From: Eledone cirrhosa
Taxonomy: Eukaryota
Assembly (NCBI GenBank): GCA_964016885.1
Contig: OZ024740.1
Location: 51,460,001-51,524,000 of the forward strand
Direction: 5' to 3'
Length of the DNA stretch: 64,000 nucleotides
Under the pieces are notes generated by a model. The model saw only the letters and a program-made list of their open reading frames with translations, did not search any database and had not been told where the DNA came from. Each line of letters opens with the position of its first letter. Within the stretch, counting starts at the first letter, position 1. This document shows, one piece after another, positions 34,560 to 47,599 of the stretch. The position numbers and the translations under genes are program-made.

Positions 34560-37500
34560 ATGACCTCACTCAGAATAGGCAGCATAAATACACGTGGCTT
34601 GGGGTCGTCATGGAAGCAGGGCCACCTGCTCAAAGACCTCAAGTCACTAAACATAGATGTAGTGGCCATCAGCGAGACCAGAATCTCCGAAGCACGGGCT
34701 TTCGCACCGATCTTCGGTGGCTACGATGTGTACGCATCTCCCAGCCGTCCTGGATCGGCGGGAGGAGTTGCTGTGCTTTTTCGGAGAGGTTTGGATCTCG
34801 CCATACGGGCCATCTTCCTGGACCCAGAAGGTAAGTTGGTGCTAGTCTGACCAGCGGAGACGGACAAGCTTTCAGGCTAGTGGCCGTCTATGCCCCGACA
34901 GGAGCAGGGCGGCCTGATTTCTTCTGGCGTCTGGAGACCTTTCTTAGAACGTCCCGCTCTTTAGTGTTAGTGGGCGACTGGAACGGGATCTTAGATGCAC
35001 GCTGGGACTGTGTGGGATTAGCGGATAGGGGTGGAGGGTGCAAGAGCCTCATCAACCTGCTCAGGCGTTTTGAACTGTCTGACAGGTACCGATTGGATTT
35101 CCCGAATGTTCCAATGTGGACTTGGACAAATCGCATAAGGTCATCCAGATCATATCTAGATAGCATATTTTGTAGAGAAATAGATAGGTCTAGCATAGGC
35201 TGTCCACAATTCAAGATAGTCAGCTACACGGACCACAAATTTGTGATCTGTGTACTTGACTCAGATAGGCTTCATAGACGAGGACCCGGCTACTGGAAGC
35301 TAAACGCGTCCTTACCAGCGCACAAGGCCTACAGAGACCGGATTAGCGAACTAGTTAAGCGGGCATTGACGGGGGCCATCGTCAACAACAAGTGGTGGCT
35401 TGCTCTGAAAAGAGCGATTAGAACAGAGTCCATTAGGTTTAGTAAGGCTTTAGCAATAGAGAAAAATAGAGCAGAGGGAGAATTAGTTAGATAATTAGAC
35501 GAGGCGCTTAGCAAAGGCATCGCGACCGACGTGCTTGCGGCAAAATTGGCCCTTGACCAATTCTTCAATGCAAAGCACGAAGGCTGCGTTGTCAGAGCTA
35601 GGGTACATGCTCTCAGCCACGAGGGGACGAAAACTGTTCAATGGGCCCGAGTGGCGGAGGCGCATCGTGGCAACAAAGCCACAATCCGGTCTTTGGTGGA
35701 CCACGACGGGCGCATGCTACTCGATCCCGGGCAAATGTGTGAAGCTTTTCAGCGATAACATAGATAATTTTAGGCCCATAACTCTGCTAAACACAGAGTT
35801 CAAGATTTTGGCCAAGGTGCTAGCAAAGAGGTTGGCGCTTGTCGTTGGTGGTCTGGTGGGAGAGGCGCAGACATGCGCCATTCCCGACAGATCCATCCAC
35901 GACAACCTCCACCTCATGCGATACATCGTAGAGAGGGTAACTAGGGAACCTGGCACGGGTGGGTCCTTGATCAATTTAGATCAGTCGAAAGCTTTTGATA
36001 GGGTCGACCATCGTTACCTAGTGGCAGTCCTGAGGGCGGCTGGCTTTGGGCTCGTCTTCAGAGGCTGGATTGCTGCCATGCACAGCGACATCTGCTCTGT
36101 GGTGAGAGTGAACGGTCACCTTTCGGAACCGTTCAACATCATGCGCTCGGTCCGCTAAGGATGTCCCCTCTCATCCCTCTTGTACGTATTGACTCTCGAG
36201 CCATTACTGCACAAACTAGAGACGTTGAGGGGGGTCCCGCGTGAACTAGGATGCGGAAGATCCGTGTCAGCATATGCGGACGATGTCACCATAGTGGTGT
36301 CGAATGCCAAACACATCAAGGCGATCGGCACTACACTAAGAGAATACGAAGCGGTGACAGGAGCAATGATCAACCAGGAAAAGTCAGTGGGCCTGCAGCT
36401 CAGCACCTGGACGGACGGGTGCTGGACGGACGGACCGGTTAAATTGCTAGGGGTCTGGTTTGGTCCGGACCTCCAGACGGACAAAAACTGGGATGAGGTG
36501 ACAAGCAGGGTGGCTTCTCTCACCCAGAAATGGGCCGAGAGGAAGCTATCCCTGAAAGGTCGAGCAGAGGTGGCTAACGCGAACATCGCGTCCGTCATCT
36601 ACTACCGCCTGACCGTCGTACCTTGTCTTAAGCCCCGCCTGACTGCGCTGGAGCGTTTGCTCTTTCGCTTTTTGTGGAAGGGACGAGCTCCGATGGTCAG
36701 GCGGTCCATCTGCTGTCAACACCCGCTACGTGGAGGGCTGGGAATGCCGTAGCTGATGATGCGCAGACACGCGCTCAGGCTACGACATCTCCACCTCTTC
36801 CTCGACGGTGATCAGGTGTGGTCGCCGTTTGCTAGACATGTCTTTCCCCAGCTCGTCTCCTTGACGGAGCTGCAGTCCTGGGTCAAGCGAAGACCGAGAG
36901 GGAGCGCTTGGAAACTGGAATGTCTTCAGGCGCTCACAGCCCTCGACCAATCGGGCAATGTGATCGGTGGAAACTCCACCTTGGCGTTCTATAGAGGATT
37001 AGTGGAGGGGAAGAGCGACGACGTACTTGGAGAAACTCTAGGCGTCGACGAAAATCAACTAGCCAATCTCTTCGGACGGACTTTCGGGCCAGGGCCTATG
37101 GACAACTTCCAGAAATCCCTGGCCTGGCAGTGCTACCGGGGAGCTTTGCCAGTTCGGGATAAACTCTACAGGCATGGAGGTGCCGTCAGCCGGGCATGTC
37201 CGAGATGCGCGTAGGGCGACGAAACCGTCCTGCACGCACTCGTCCAGTGTCCGAGCATTGCTGACTTGTGGATTTATGTCGAACACCTGCTGTCACATGT
37301 CGGACGGATCCAGCTATCAGTTGAGTCCATCGTGAGGATTTCCCCGCCCTCTTCCTTTAGCTGGGAAGGGCAGGCAGTTTTTATCTGTCTCGTGGCCATG
37401 GCGAAAGAGATAGTATGGTGGACACGTTTGAAAGGGCTGAAGAGCACTTACCTCTTCGGTGATGCCCTGATTAACTTTTTCAAATTTCATTTGAAAAGGA

Positions 37501-37610
37501 AAATCAGGGTAGAAAGGGAAGTGCTCTCTTCCCAGCATTTTGTTGAAAGATGGGTGAGAGAAGCAAGTATGGCCCGAGTGAATGGGCCTACTCTGAGTAT
37601 GTGTCTGTAA
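34560..37610 (+). pseudogene. Tx1/L1 ORF2 (APE + RT + CCHC) with stops and internal deletions
   Basis: ORFs 34560-34850, 34880-35494, 35531-35758, 35535-36158, 36180-36752, 36756-37214 and 37266-37610 are consecutive pieces. Confidence 0.9.
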
Positions 37611-37858
37611 ATTAAAGGTGGAAAACTGGGAGAGGGCACTTGCCCTGGTGATCAGGGTCACTGTGGTCTTTTAATGGGCTTTCTCCACCAATGTCCCTCG
37701 GAAGTCTCCCCCCTATTGGGGAATTTTTTCATTGTTCTATTATTACATCCTCTGTTTCTTTTTTTTTACACGCAGAAATGCCCATTTGTACCGCCCTGTA
37801 TTGTCCTGTACTGTCCTTAATGTCTACTTTATGTAAACCCTTGTGGTTAATAAAGAAA

Positions 37859-37911
<53 letters not shown>

Positions 37912-37912
37912 A

Positions 37913-38113
37913 GGGTGGTGGATTGGTAGTATTGGTAGAACGTCAGATACCATGCCTTGCAACATAGAGTTATGGCCATTCACGTTCTGAGTTCAAATCC
38001 CGCCGAGGTTAACTTTGCCTTTCATCCTTACAGGGTCGATAAATTAAAGCACCAGTAATGTACTGGGGTAATTGCTGGCCTTGTGCCAAAAGTAGAAGCA
38101 ATTATTATTATTA
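37913..38113 (+). mobile_element. SINE family A
   Basis: Full head, body and gaagcaattattatta tail. Confidence 0.88.
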
Positions 38114-38117
38114 TATA

Positions 38118-38655
38118 TACGAATTGAGAGAGAGATTGAGCATAAGAGGAATCAAATGCTGTGTGCAGGAGAGGAGGCTGCATTGGTATGGACATGTGAT
38201 GCGTATGAAGGATGACAGCTGCATAAAAGTGAAGAGCACTAAAAGTCAATGGAAGCCTTGGAGTGGGAAGCCCAAGAAGACCTGGAATGAGGTGATAAAA
38301 GCTGACCTTGCCCAATTGCACCTCTCAAAGGCGATGATACAGGACCGAGACCTCTGGCATTACGCAGTAATACAGAAGACCCGACTTTCCATGGGTACAA
38401 GCCGAAGCTGAAGCATATAGACAATATTTCCCCACCTTCCTCCTACTGTAAAGTGGTCATGTAGGCACCACGGTAAAAAAGCACCCAGTACACACTGTAA
38501 ATGAGGTTGGTTGTAGGTAGGGCATCCAGCTGTAGTAATTCAAGCCAAAATCAGTTCCCGTATGAGCAAGACATGGTAACCTGACCTTGCATTGCCCACA
38601 ACAGGACAACCTGTCTAACCCATGCTAGCGTGGAAGAATGGTGATGATGATGATA
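38118..38655 (+). mobile_element. RTE 3' fragment with (GAT)n tail
   Basis: ERRLHWYGHVMRMKDD...KPKKTW; 3' UTR motif. Confidence 0.88.
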
Positions 38656-39031
38656 TATATATATACACTTATGAAATGCATATTTTATTATATTGAAATA
38701 AACCATGTACATGAAATTACATAATAGCAAAGTTCACATTTTTTGCCAAACATATATACTAACAATATAGATAGCTTGAAATTACAAACACAAATGTTAT
38801 AGCTGTCAAAAAACAACACATACACACAGATATATCTCTATTACTTAATTACATATATATTTCACATGAAAATATAGATATGTATATCATAGTTGTAGAA
38901 GGTCAATAATTCACTTTAAGTGTTATGGTAATTTGATGGAGTTGTGTGTATGCACCTGTTGACCCAAACTAGCTGAATGCGATACCCATATCATATCTAC
39001 TACCATTACTGCTATTATTATTAGAGGTAGA

Positions 39032-39227
39032 TGGCGGTGGATTGGCAGTATCAGTAGAGGGTCGGATGCCATGCTTTCACGCATAGAGTTACAGCCCTTG
39101 CCATTCTGAGTTCAAATCCCGCCGAGGTTAACTTTGCCTTTCATCCTTACGGGGTCGATAAAATAAAGTACCAGTAATGCGCTGGGTAATTGCTGGCCTT
39201 GTGCCAAAAAGTAGAAACAATTATTAT
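39032..39227 (+). mobile_element. SINE family A
   Basis: A/B boxes and body gcctttcatccttacggggtcgataaaataaagtacc. Confidence 0.9.
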
Positions 39228-39944
39228 AGGTACAACTACTATTCTTGTTATTATTTTTATTATCTATCTTTCTTTACGCACCCTATATATGATTTCTAGT
39301 CCTACTACTGTTATCTCACGCCCCCCCCCCCTCTCTTCTATTTCTGCAATCATTGGGACACACAAACTACATGCCTCTTTATGTCTTTATATATATATAT
39401 GTATATATAAAACAAATAAAATCTTAGTTTAGTGTTTCAGAAGAAGATGGTCAATCAAACAGGAATTTTGAGACTAGAAATAGGTAGTAGCCTAACCACT
39501 ACCATGCTAGTCGATATATCGATCTTCCACGATCTGAAATGATTGTAAAACAATGAACTAATTAACCACCTACCTCTAGCATCTGTCTTTCTTTTCATTG
39601 TTATATGTAAATGACTGTAACCTGGGCAGATCTTCTTTGAGGAAACCTTAAGTGGTGATCACCTACTACAAAAATTACTGGTCAAACTGCTTAATCTCAC
39701 TGCAATCATCTTTCCAATGATGCATTGAGTTATCAGCCCCACCACAACCAAGTGGGATACAATATATATATCTGAACCCATGCTAGCGTGGAAGATAGAC
39801 GTTAAACGACGATGATGATAATGATGACATATATATAATCCCTTTTTACATCTGCCCCTAACTCATACATTTATTTTTAACTGTGGAATATTGTTGATCT
39901 TCATTGAAATGGTGTGTGTATATATGTGTTCATGTCTGTGTTTA

Positions 39945-40560
39945 TTTTTACAGTCTAATAACTAGAATTAAATTACACAGTGCATAATCAAGCCATATCA
40001 CAAAAAGGAAAGGGGTCAGAGGATCTCCCTGGAGGACTCCAGTATCAATTGAGAGTAGGCTTGAGTTTCCCTTGGGTCTCATCACAGGTGCTGAAGTATT
40101 CTCATACATATCTTTAATTGCATTCACAATCTGATGCAAGAAAAATTTTGAGCATCTTCTTTTGGCTCAAGTCAAAAGCCTTTTTGAAATTTATGAATAC
40201 AATTGCTGCCTCCTATTTATGAGTCCGTAACTCCTCAACAATTCTTTTAGAGCCAAGATATCTGAGGCAGTAGAGTGAAATGGCCAAAATCCAATTTGGC
40301 TGGAACATAGAGTGTTGTCGGTACATAGTCTGATCCTATTCAGGATCACCTTATTGTAAGTCTTTGCTGCAATTTGCTTAAGACTGATGCCTCTATAGTT
40401 GGTGCAGTTGGTAAAGTCATATTTCTTGGGTGTTGGCACTATTCTTGACATTCCCCATTCCTCAGACCTGTGCCATTCAAAGGTTTCGATCCAGAAGTCT
40501 CTTAGAAACTAAGAGCTTGGGGTAGTTTCCATAGGCCTACAGTTAGGCCATCAAGCCCAG
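39945..40560 (-). mobile_element. Old non-LTR RT fragment of a different family (RTE-like)
   Basis: IVPTPKK...NYRGISL...AAKTYNKVILNRIR; GVLQGDPLTPFLFVIWLDY. Confidence 0.75.
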
Positions 40561-41209
40561 GAGTGTCAACATTGTAAGAGATCAGATGTAGATTGTGTCC
40601 AGCTTAATACTCTGCTCTCACCAGCTAAATAACCCATGCACTTCATTGAATTTGCTTTACTTGTTCCTCCTTCCCTTCCCCCAAACCCTCACTCCTCACC
40701 CCTGATACACCTATCCAGTCCAACCTCGTACATTGGAAGTACCATCTGGATGCTGCACATATGAATCAAAGGGCACATGACGCTGAGAGCTTCTGTTAAA
40801 AAACCTTGTCAAATGCTGCAACCAAGACATTGAGGTCACCTTAGAAGTGACAGAAAGGAATGTGGGGAATTTAAGAATAAAAGAGGCTCTAATCATTAAT
40901 ACACAAGCCACAAATAAACAATAGATCAAAACTACATTGAGCAGAGTGGCTTCTCTGACTGTTCCACGCATGCACACTCATTGTTTGTTTTGTTTTGTAT
41001 CATTTTTTTTTTCGTTTTTCATTTAAAAAGAAGGTATTAACCCTGAAATATGTTGAAATATACTGGGTGAGAAAAACATTACTTTGTTTTGTTTTATTTG
41101 TCATCCTTTGCTCTTTACATATTTCTACCACATTGTACTGGTTTTCTGAAACTTATCAGTCATTAATTACATATCTCATAATACTTCATATTAACTATAC
41201 TATTTTACA

Positions 41210-41626
41210 AATAATTGTTTCTACTTTAGGCACAAGGCCAGCAATTACCCAGTGCATTACTGGTACTTTATTTTATCAACCCCGTAAGGATGAAAGGCAA
41301 AGTCAATCTCGGCGGGATTTGAACTCAGATCATAAAGGGACGTAACTATGCTGGAAAGCATGGTGTCCGACCCTCTACCGATACTGCCAATCCACCGCCC
41401 TTCTTATTTTACAAATAATAATGGTTTCTTACATAGGCACAAGGCCAGCAATTTTGGGGGAGGGGAAAGTCGATTAAATCGATTCCAGTGTGTGATTGGT
41501 GCTTTATTTTATTGACCCTGTAAGGATGAAAAGGCAAAGTTAACATCGGCAGGATTTGAACTCAGATCATAAAGGGCCGTAACTCTATGCTGCAATGCAT
41601 GGTGTCTGACGCTCTACCGATACTGC
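41210..41626 (-). mobile_element. Two adjacent family A SINEs (41210-41400 with TSD tattttacaaataat; 41420-41626 longer subfamily)
   Basis: Both show the family body and tRNA head on the minus strand. Confidence 0.88.
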
Positions 41627-41782
41627 AAAATGTGTTTGAAATTAACTGATGTTGTCAGGCAGCAACATAAGTCAAATTAATTCTGGATGTACCCTGATCA
41701 CTCAATGTGATAAGAAATTAATTCTTGAATCAGATTTAGTAGGGGAACAATGATAGGTAACAATGACTATACACAATTTAAT

Positions 41783-43210
41783 CATCATCATCATCATCAT
41801 CATCATCATTTAACGTCTATTTTCCATGCTGGCATGGGTTAGATGAGTTGCCCCATTTGAGGAAAGTCATGTCAGGTGACCATGTCTTGCTCATACAAAA
41901 CTGTTTCTGGCTTGGTTTCTATGACTGGATGCCCTTCCTAATGCCAACCACATTTACAGTGTGTGCTGGGTGCTTTTTATTGTGACATCCACATGATCAC
42001 TTTATAGTGTGAGCTGGGGCTTTTTTTTCATGATACCAACACGACCACTTTACAATGTGGGCTGGGCACTTTTTGTCATAGCAGCAAAACAATCACTTTA
42101 CAGTGTGACTAGGGACCGAGGCAGGGGGTGTAAAGGCAAAGGGTAGGGTGGTTAGTATGTGGGTGGAGTGTTAGGGCATGGGAGGTGTATGGACGGGAGA
42201 GAGAGGATAGTGGTTTAGTGGTGCATACAATCTCCTCTCTTACACACTGTATCTGATCCCTTTTATACCCAGTTTCTCTCTCAGTTCATTTATGCTTTGC
42301 CATTCATGTTTATTACTATTACATATCCATCAGAACTTGCAGGCCTCATTTCTGTTTTCCTTTCTACATACTAGGACTTTAGTCTTTGACAAGTTAACTT
42401 TAAGGCCTTTAGTTACCAACCCAGCCAAAACCAGCTTTGGTTCTATGAAATAAAGTTACCTATCTTAAAGGTTTCCAATTTAGATTAAAATCTTCCAACA
42501 TAATCTTACATAAGAACCTGACATTAATTTACTATCTTAGTAATGAAATAATTAAAAACTTTAGTAAATCCCTCAAAATCCTTCATTAATTAATTAAAAC
42601 AGTATATTTCATTAGAAATACAGTCATGAAAGGGTTAAGACCTTTTGATTTGAGGCCATGCTTCCAGGTTAGGAGTTTCTTCTCTAATTCTGCCATAATA
42701 AGGGTTAGATCATCTACATACAGAAGTTCTCATGGGCAGCCAGTTTTAAATTCTTCTGTTATAGCCTGTGGGACGATAATAAACAGGAGATGGCAAAGGA
42801 CAGAGCGCTGATGGTCACCTACCTGCATGCTAAATTCTTCACTAAAGTCATTGTTAATTCTAACCTTGCTGATTGTTTCTCTAAAAATGGCTTTTACTGC
42901 TTTCACAAGCCACTCATCTACTCCTAGTTTTTTAAGAGCCCACCAGATAATGGAATGGGGGACTCTGTCAAAGGCTTTCTCCAGGTCAATTAAAGCTAAG
43001 TAGAGGGGTTTACTTTTAGTTATCTGTGCTATAACTCTTTCTGTGATCTTCATGACCTGGTCAACCAACTTCATGCTTCTATAATTTTCTCTGTCTAGAG
43101 CATCTCCTTTGCCCTTGTAGCAGTTAAAATGATGCTGCTATGCCAGTCATTGGGTATGATACCGTTTTGTATTACTTGGTTTACAAAACAGGTGACCATG
43201 GCATGTAATC
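41783..43210 (-). mobile_element. Internally deleted RTE LINE with MITE insertion
   Basis: (CAT)n tail at 41783, 3' UTR repeats, RT fragment KPLYLALIDLEKAFDRVP...FKTGCP. Confidence 0.85.
42400..42638. mobile_element. piggyBac-like MITE; further copies at ~45322-45559 and ~61773-62013
   Basis: Shared ggttctatgaaataaa...tagtaatgaaataatt...atttcattagaaatacagtca..aagggttaa; ends of the form ttaaccc / gggttaa. Confidence 0.7.
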
Positions 43211-43320
43211 CATGGCAAGTAATCCATTATCATCATGGAGGACAAACTTCTACCCCACTACATCATAATGTTCCCTGACATACTGCCTCGCAATGACACA
43301 ATATATATATATATATATAT

Positions 43321-44128
43321 ATGAACAGCAATGTTACATCGCAGTGAGACATGGGCATTGTGTGCAAAGGACCTGCGCAGACTGGAAAGGAACGAAGCAT
43401 GTATGCTCCGTTGGATGTGTAATAGTAATATACGTGAACGGCAAAACATAAATGAACTAAGTGAGAAATTAGGTATAAGAGGGATCAGATGCTGTTTACT
43501 TAAGAGAAGACTACGTTGGAATGGTCACGTGATGCGCATGAAAGACGACAGTTGTATAAAAAAGTGCCGGGCGATCAAAATTGATGGAAGTTACGGAGTA
43601 GGTAGACCCAGAAAAACCTGGGACGATTTGATAAATTCCGACCTTACACACTTGCACCTCTCTAAGACAATCGCACTGGACCGAGATCTTCTTTACAGAA
43701 AACCCGCCTTGCCTATGTACAAAATGAAACCTACAGTCAGTAGGCACCTCTTAACCAAATATACACCCAAACCCACTACCCCTACTCCATCCTCCCACTC
43801 CCACCAACACCACCCTTTCTCTGTAAAGTTGGTATCACAACATCCAGTCCAAATTAATGAGATAATGAGATCGAGATCGAGATCGTGTAGGTGTCACGAC
43901 AAAAAAAAAATAGTCCACGTTGTAATGTGGCCGTGTAGGTAACATGGTAAAAAGTTCCCAGTCCACACTGGTTGGTGTTAGGAAGGGCATCCAGCCGTAG
44001 AAAACCTGCCAAATAGTCCTATACGAGCAAGACATGATCACCCGACCAATTTTGCCTCAAATTGGGACAACTCCCGTCTAACCCATGCTAACGTGGAAGA
44101 TAGACGTTAAACGATGATGATGATGATA
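43321..44128 (+). mobile_element. RTE 3' fragment with (GAT)n tail
   Basis: MLHRSETWALCAKDLRRLERNE...GRPRKTW. Confidence 0.9.
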
Positions 44129-44176
44129 TATAATATTGCTTCAAAAAAAAAAGAAGCCAACCCATGTGGATATAAA

Positions 44177-44435
44177 AATGATGATACTGATATATAATAA
44201 TGATGATACTGATATATAATAATGATGATACTGATATATAATAATGATGATACTGATATATAATAATGATTTCTGATTTAGGCACAATGCCAACAATTTG
44301 GGGGAAGGAGAAAGTCGATTAAATCGACCCCAGTGCATTACTGGTGCTTTATTTTATCGACTCTGTAAGGATGAAAGGCAAAGCTAACCGCTGTAGGATT
44401 TGAACTCAGAACGTAAAGGGGCGTAACCCTATGCC
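44177..44435 (-). mobile_element. Family A SINE (44265-44435) whose tail region is expanded into a 22-bp tandem repeat (~4 units)
   Basis: atgatgatactgatatataata repeated, then the SINE body on the minus strand. Confidence 0.75.
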
Positions 44436-45321
44436 ATATAACATGTATGAGAAAGTTTGTTTATTTGTTCACTTGAGAAAATAAAATGGTTGAGGTTACA
44501 AATTTTGAAATAACTTCATAATAACCAGTTTTTTTTTTTCTTTTACAAGAAATGGTACTATTTACTTTGTATTTGGTGTAGTTTTTAATGATGAAATTGA
44601 CACTTAATGATTATTACATGTTTTTGTTTTGTTTTTGTTTTTTGAAATAAATTATCTTCCTTTGTTTGGGGAAAGTCCAATAATAGCATTTGATTGTTTA
44701 GAAGTGTACATAGTTTTTTTTTTAAATTAATTTTTTTGGGGTGTTCCTTCATTTCTGTAGGAATCTACTGTTTCTTTCCTTTATCAGTTTGAATTTTGTT
44801 CACTACCAAAACATGTTTATATTTGACTTAAATTTATTGCTGGTGGCAGTGAATGAGAATAGTAATCTATCTCCTTTCTTTCCTTTGTTCTTGTTTTTGT
44901 TTTCTTTTTTTTATTTGCATGAGAGCATTAGTAATGGGAATGAAGGGTTTTTAATTCATAACTGAAACCCTGTGGCATGCTTAATATGCTATGAACAACC
45001 AGCAATCCTGTCAAATGAATTGAAATATTCTATCTGCTCTCTAACTAATTTCCTGTTTACCATTTCCCATGTTGGTGATTTATCTTCTCTCTACTTCCAC
45101 TTCCCCTCTCTCCCCTCTTACCATAAAATATATTTCAGATGTGATAATACATTATTTGTGTTACTTTTAGAATTGATTTATTATTATTTTTATTTTATCT
45201 TAATCTATTTTAAGCCATTTAAATTGTTTTCCAACTTATAATTATGATAATAGTCTTATCAAGTGTTTTGATGATGAATTAAAATGATGTTTTTTTTTCG
45301 TTCTACATTTCTATTGATCTA

Positions 45322-45559
45322 TTAACCCGTTTGGTACCAATCTGTCCCAAATTGGTCCTGGTTCTATGAAATAAAATCACCCATTTTAAAGCGTTCCTAT
45401 TTAAACCAAAACTTTACAACATAATTTTATGTAAGAATCATATGTTAAGTTATATTAGTAATGAAATAATTGATAATTTTAGTAAATATCTCAAAATTCT
45501 CCTTTAATTAATTGTAATAGAGTGTATTTCATTAGAAATACAGTCACAAAAAGGGTTGA
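45322..45559. mobile_element. piggyBac-like MITE
   Basis: ttaacccgtttg...aaagggttga; same internal sequence as 42400-42638. Confidence 0.7.
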
Positions 45560-46317
45560 TATTTTATTTCCTCCTTGTTCTCTTTGTAATTTTTGAAAAT
45601 AAAAAGTGCAACTACTAACAACTGGTAACAGCCCAATCATGAACCAATCTTAGAGTGCTATGCATTGCTTAACAAGCTAGAAATAGTTGCCAAATTCCCT
45701 GAAACACCTTCAATAATAGATATATTCTTGATCAGAACTTACATGGAACTAAACAGCACACCTTTGATAATAGGTCTGCTCTAGATCAAAGATGACCTGG
45801 GGCTAAAAAACAACAGTAATAATAGGTTGTCTTGATCAGAGATGACCTGGGGTAAACAGCAACAGTAATAATCATGAGCCAACAAAGAAAGTTGCATTTA
45901 TGCAATTGGTTGGCCTGTTAGAAACAGCAGACAAATCTTTAAAAAAAAGGAAAACACATTGGATACTGTAGTCTTAGATACAGTATGTCTAAAAACAAAA
46001 GAATGTGGGAATGTATGGAAGTGAGATGTGGGACACTGGCCTGTCTGAGCTGTTGGTAGAGTGCAGGAACATACGTACATGAGATGCTGCTCCCAGCCTA
46101 TCCGAGAGGTCAGTAGCTCTGCTTTAATACTGACATGGTCTGACAACCCAGCCAACCCAGCCAACCCTTGCTTGTAGGAAAAAACGAATGTTAAATGATA
46201 ATGATGGTCATGGTTGGAATACCCATGATCACATGTCTGTTCAGTCACAGTCAACCTGGGGTTAAACAACATAACGATTGCATATTATAAAAATATGTTA
46301 TATTCCAGAGCTCTGTC

Positions 46318-46543
46318 TAACCATTTAGCATTTAAACCAGCCGTATCCAGCCAGAATTCTCTCACCTCTTTCTGTTCAAACTGGCTGTAACCGGCTGCTC
46401 ATATTGATGTTAAGGTATTGTTCTCAAAATAAATAACATCAACATCTCGTAGATTCGATATGTGAGATAATTGTATAAGATAAAGTGTTTACAACAAAAA
46501 TACAATAGTATATATAGAGTAATGTAAATGCTAAAGGGTTAAA
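46318..46543. mobile_element. piggyBac-like MITE (second family)
   Basis: TIR taaccatttagcattta / taaatgctaaagggttaa. Confidence 0.65.
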
Positions 46544-47599
46544 GTATTTAAACATGAATAAATAGGACAAATATTGATAAAGATCAATAGAATTTGAGCT
46601 CAATCTATATCATCATTTTTACACTGATTTTCAATGTCGACATTGACTGGACTAGACAATTTGAGGTAGCTTTTCTCTGGTCAAATTTATTTCTTGATGC
46701 CAATCTATGCTTTATTTATTTAGAAGCAATAAGTTCACTCTATGTGGTGATTTTGTGTCATGACAGCAAAAGTACCCAGTCGACCTTGTAATGTGGCCAT
46801 GCTGGTGACACAAGAAGTTCCCAGTTCACCCTGTATAGTGGTTGTATTGATGAGATGAGAAAAAAGTTCCCTGTCCACCCTATTAGGAGGTTAAATTGGT
46901 AGTATGAGAAAAAAAGCACTCAGTCCACCCTGTAAGGTGGTTGTGTGAGTGACATGACAAAAAAGCATCTAGTTCACACTGTAATCTGGTTGAAAGGGCC
47001 GTAGAAACCAATCCAAAATACAGATACATATGAGCAAGACATGATCACCTGACCTGATAAATTTATTAATATGACAACCCGTCTAACCTATGCAAATGTG
47101 GAAAAATGGACGTTAAACGATGATGAAGTATGGTATACACTTCTCATTTTCTTTAAACTGCAATGGTGAGTGTTGTATTGTTTATGCTGGACATAAACAT
47201 CATCAATTGTTATAAGTGTTATCAATATCAAGATACATTCAGTAAACTGCCACACAAACACATACACTGACATATACAACAGGCTTCTTTACAGTTTCTT
47301 TCTACCAAATTCACTCACAAATAATTAACCAGCCCTAGGTTACAGTAGAAAATACTTGCTCAAGGTGCCATGCAGTAGGATGGAACTCCAAACCACGGGG
47401 TTACAGAGCGAACTTCTTAATAATACAACCATGAACTGTTATAATTCATTTACTTTGGATGAAGGGCATCAAGCTATAGAAAGATTGCCAAACAAAGGGT
47501 TGGGAGTACTGGTGCACTTGGTAGAACGTGAGACCGTATGTAAGTGAGATGTAGACGCCAGCACCACTTCAGTACTGACTTGGGAAAGCGAACGATAAA

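Larger units (their letters stand above)
30200..37910 (+). mobile_element. Tx1/L1-clade non-LTR retrotransposon (ORF1 + ORF2, decayed), interrupted by an RTE; AATAAA then (ATT)n tail; 5' boundary uncertain
   Basis: ORF1 gag knuckle CVVCSEGTHLRAFC. ORF2 SINTRGL, VAISETR, VYAP, VGDWN, YTDH, GPGYWKLN, FRPITLLNTEFKILAK, DQSKAFDRVDH, YADD, C-terminal CPRC..ETVLHALVQC. Confidence 0.92.
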
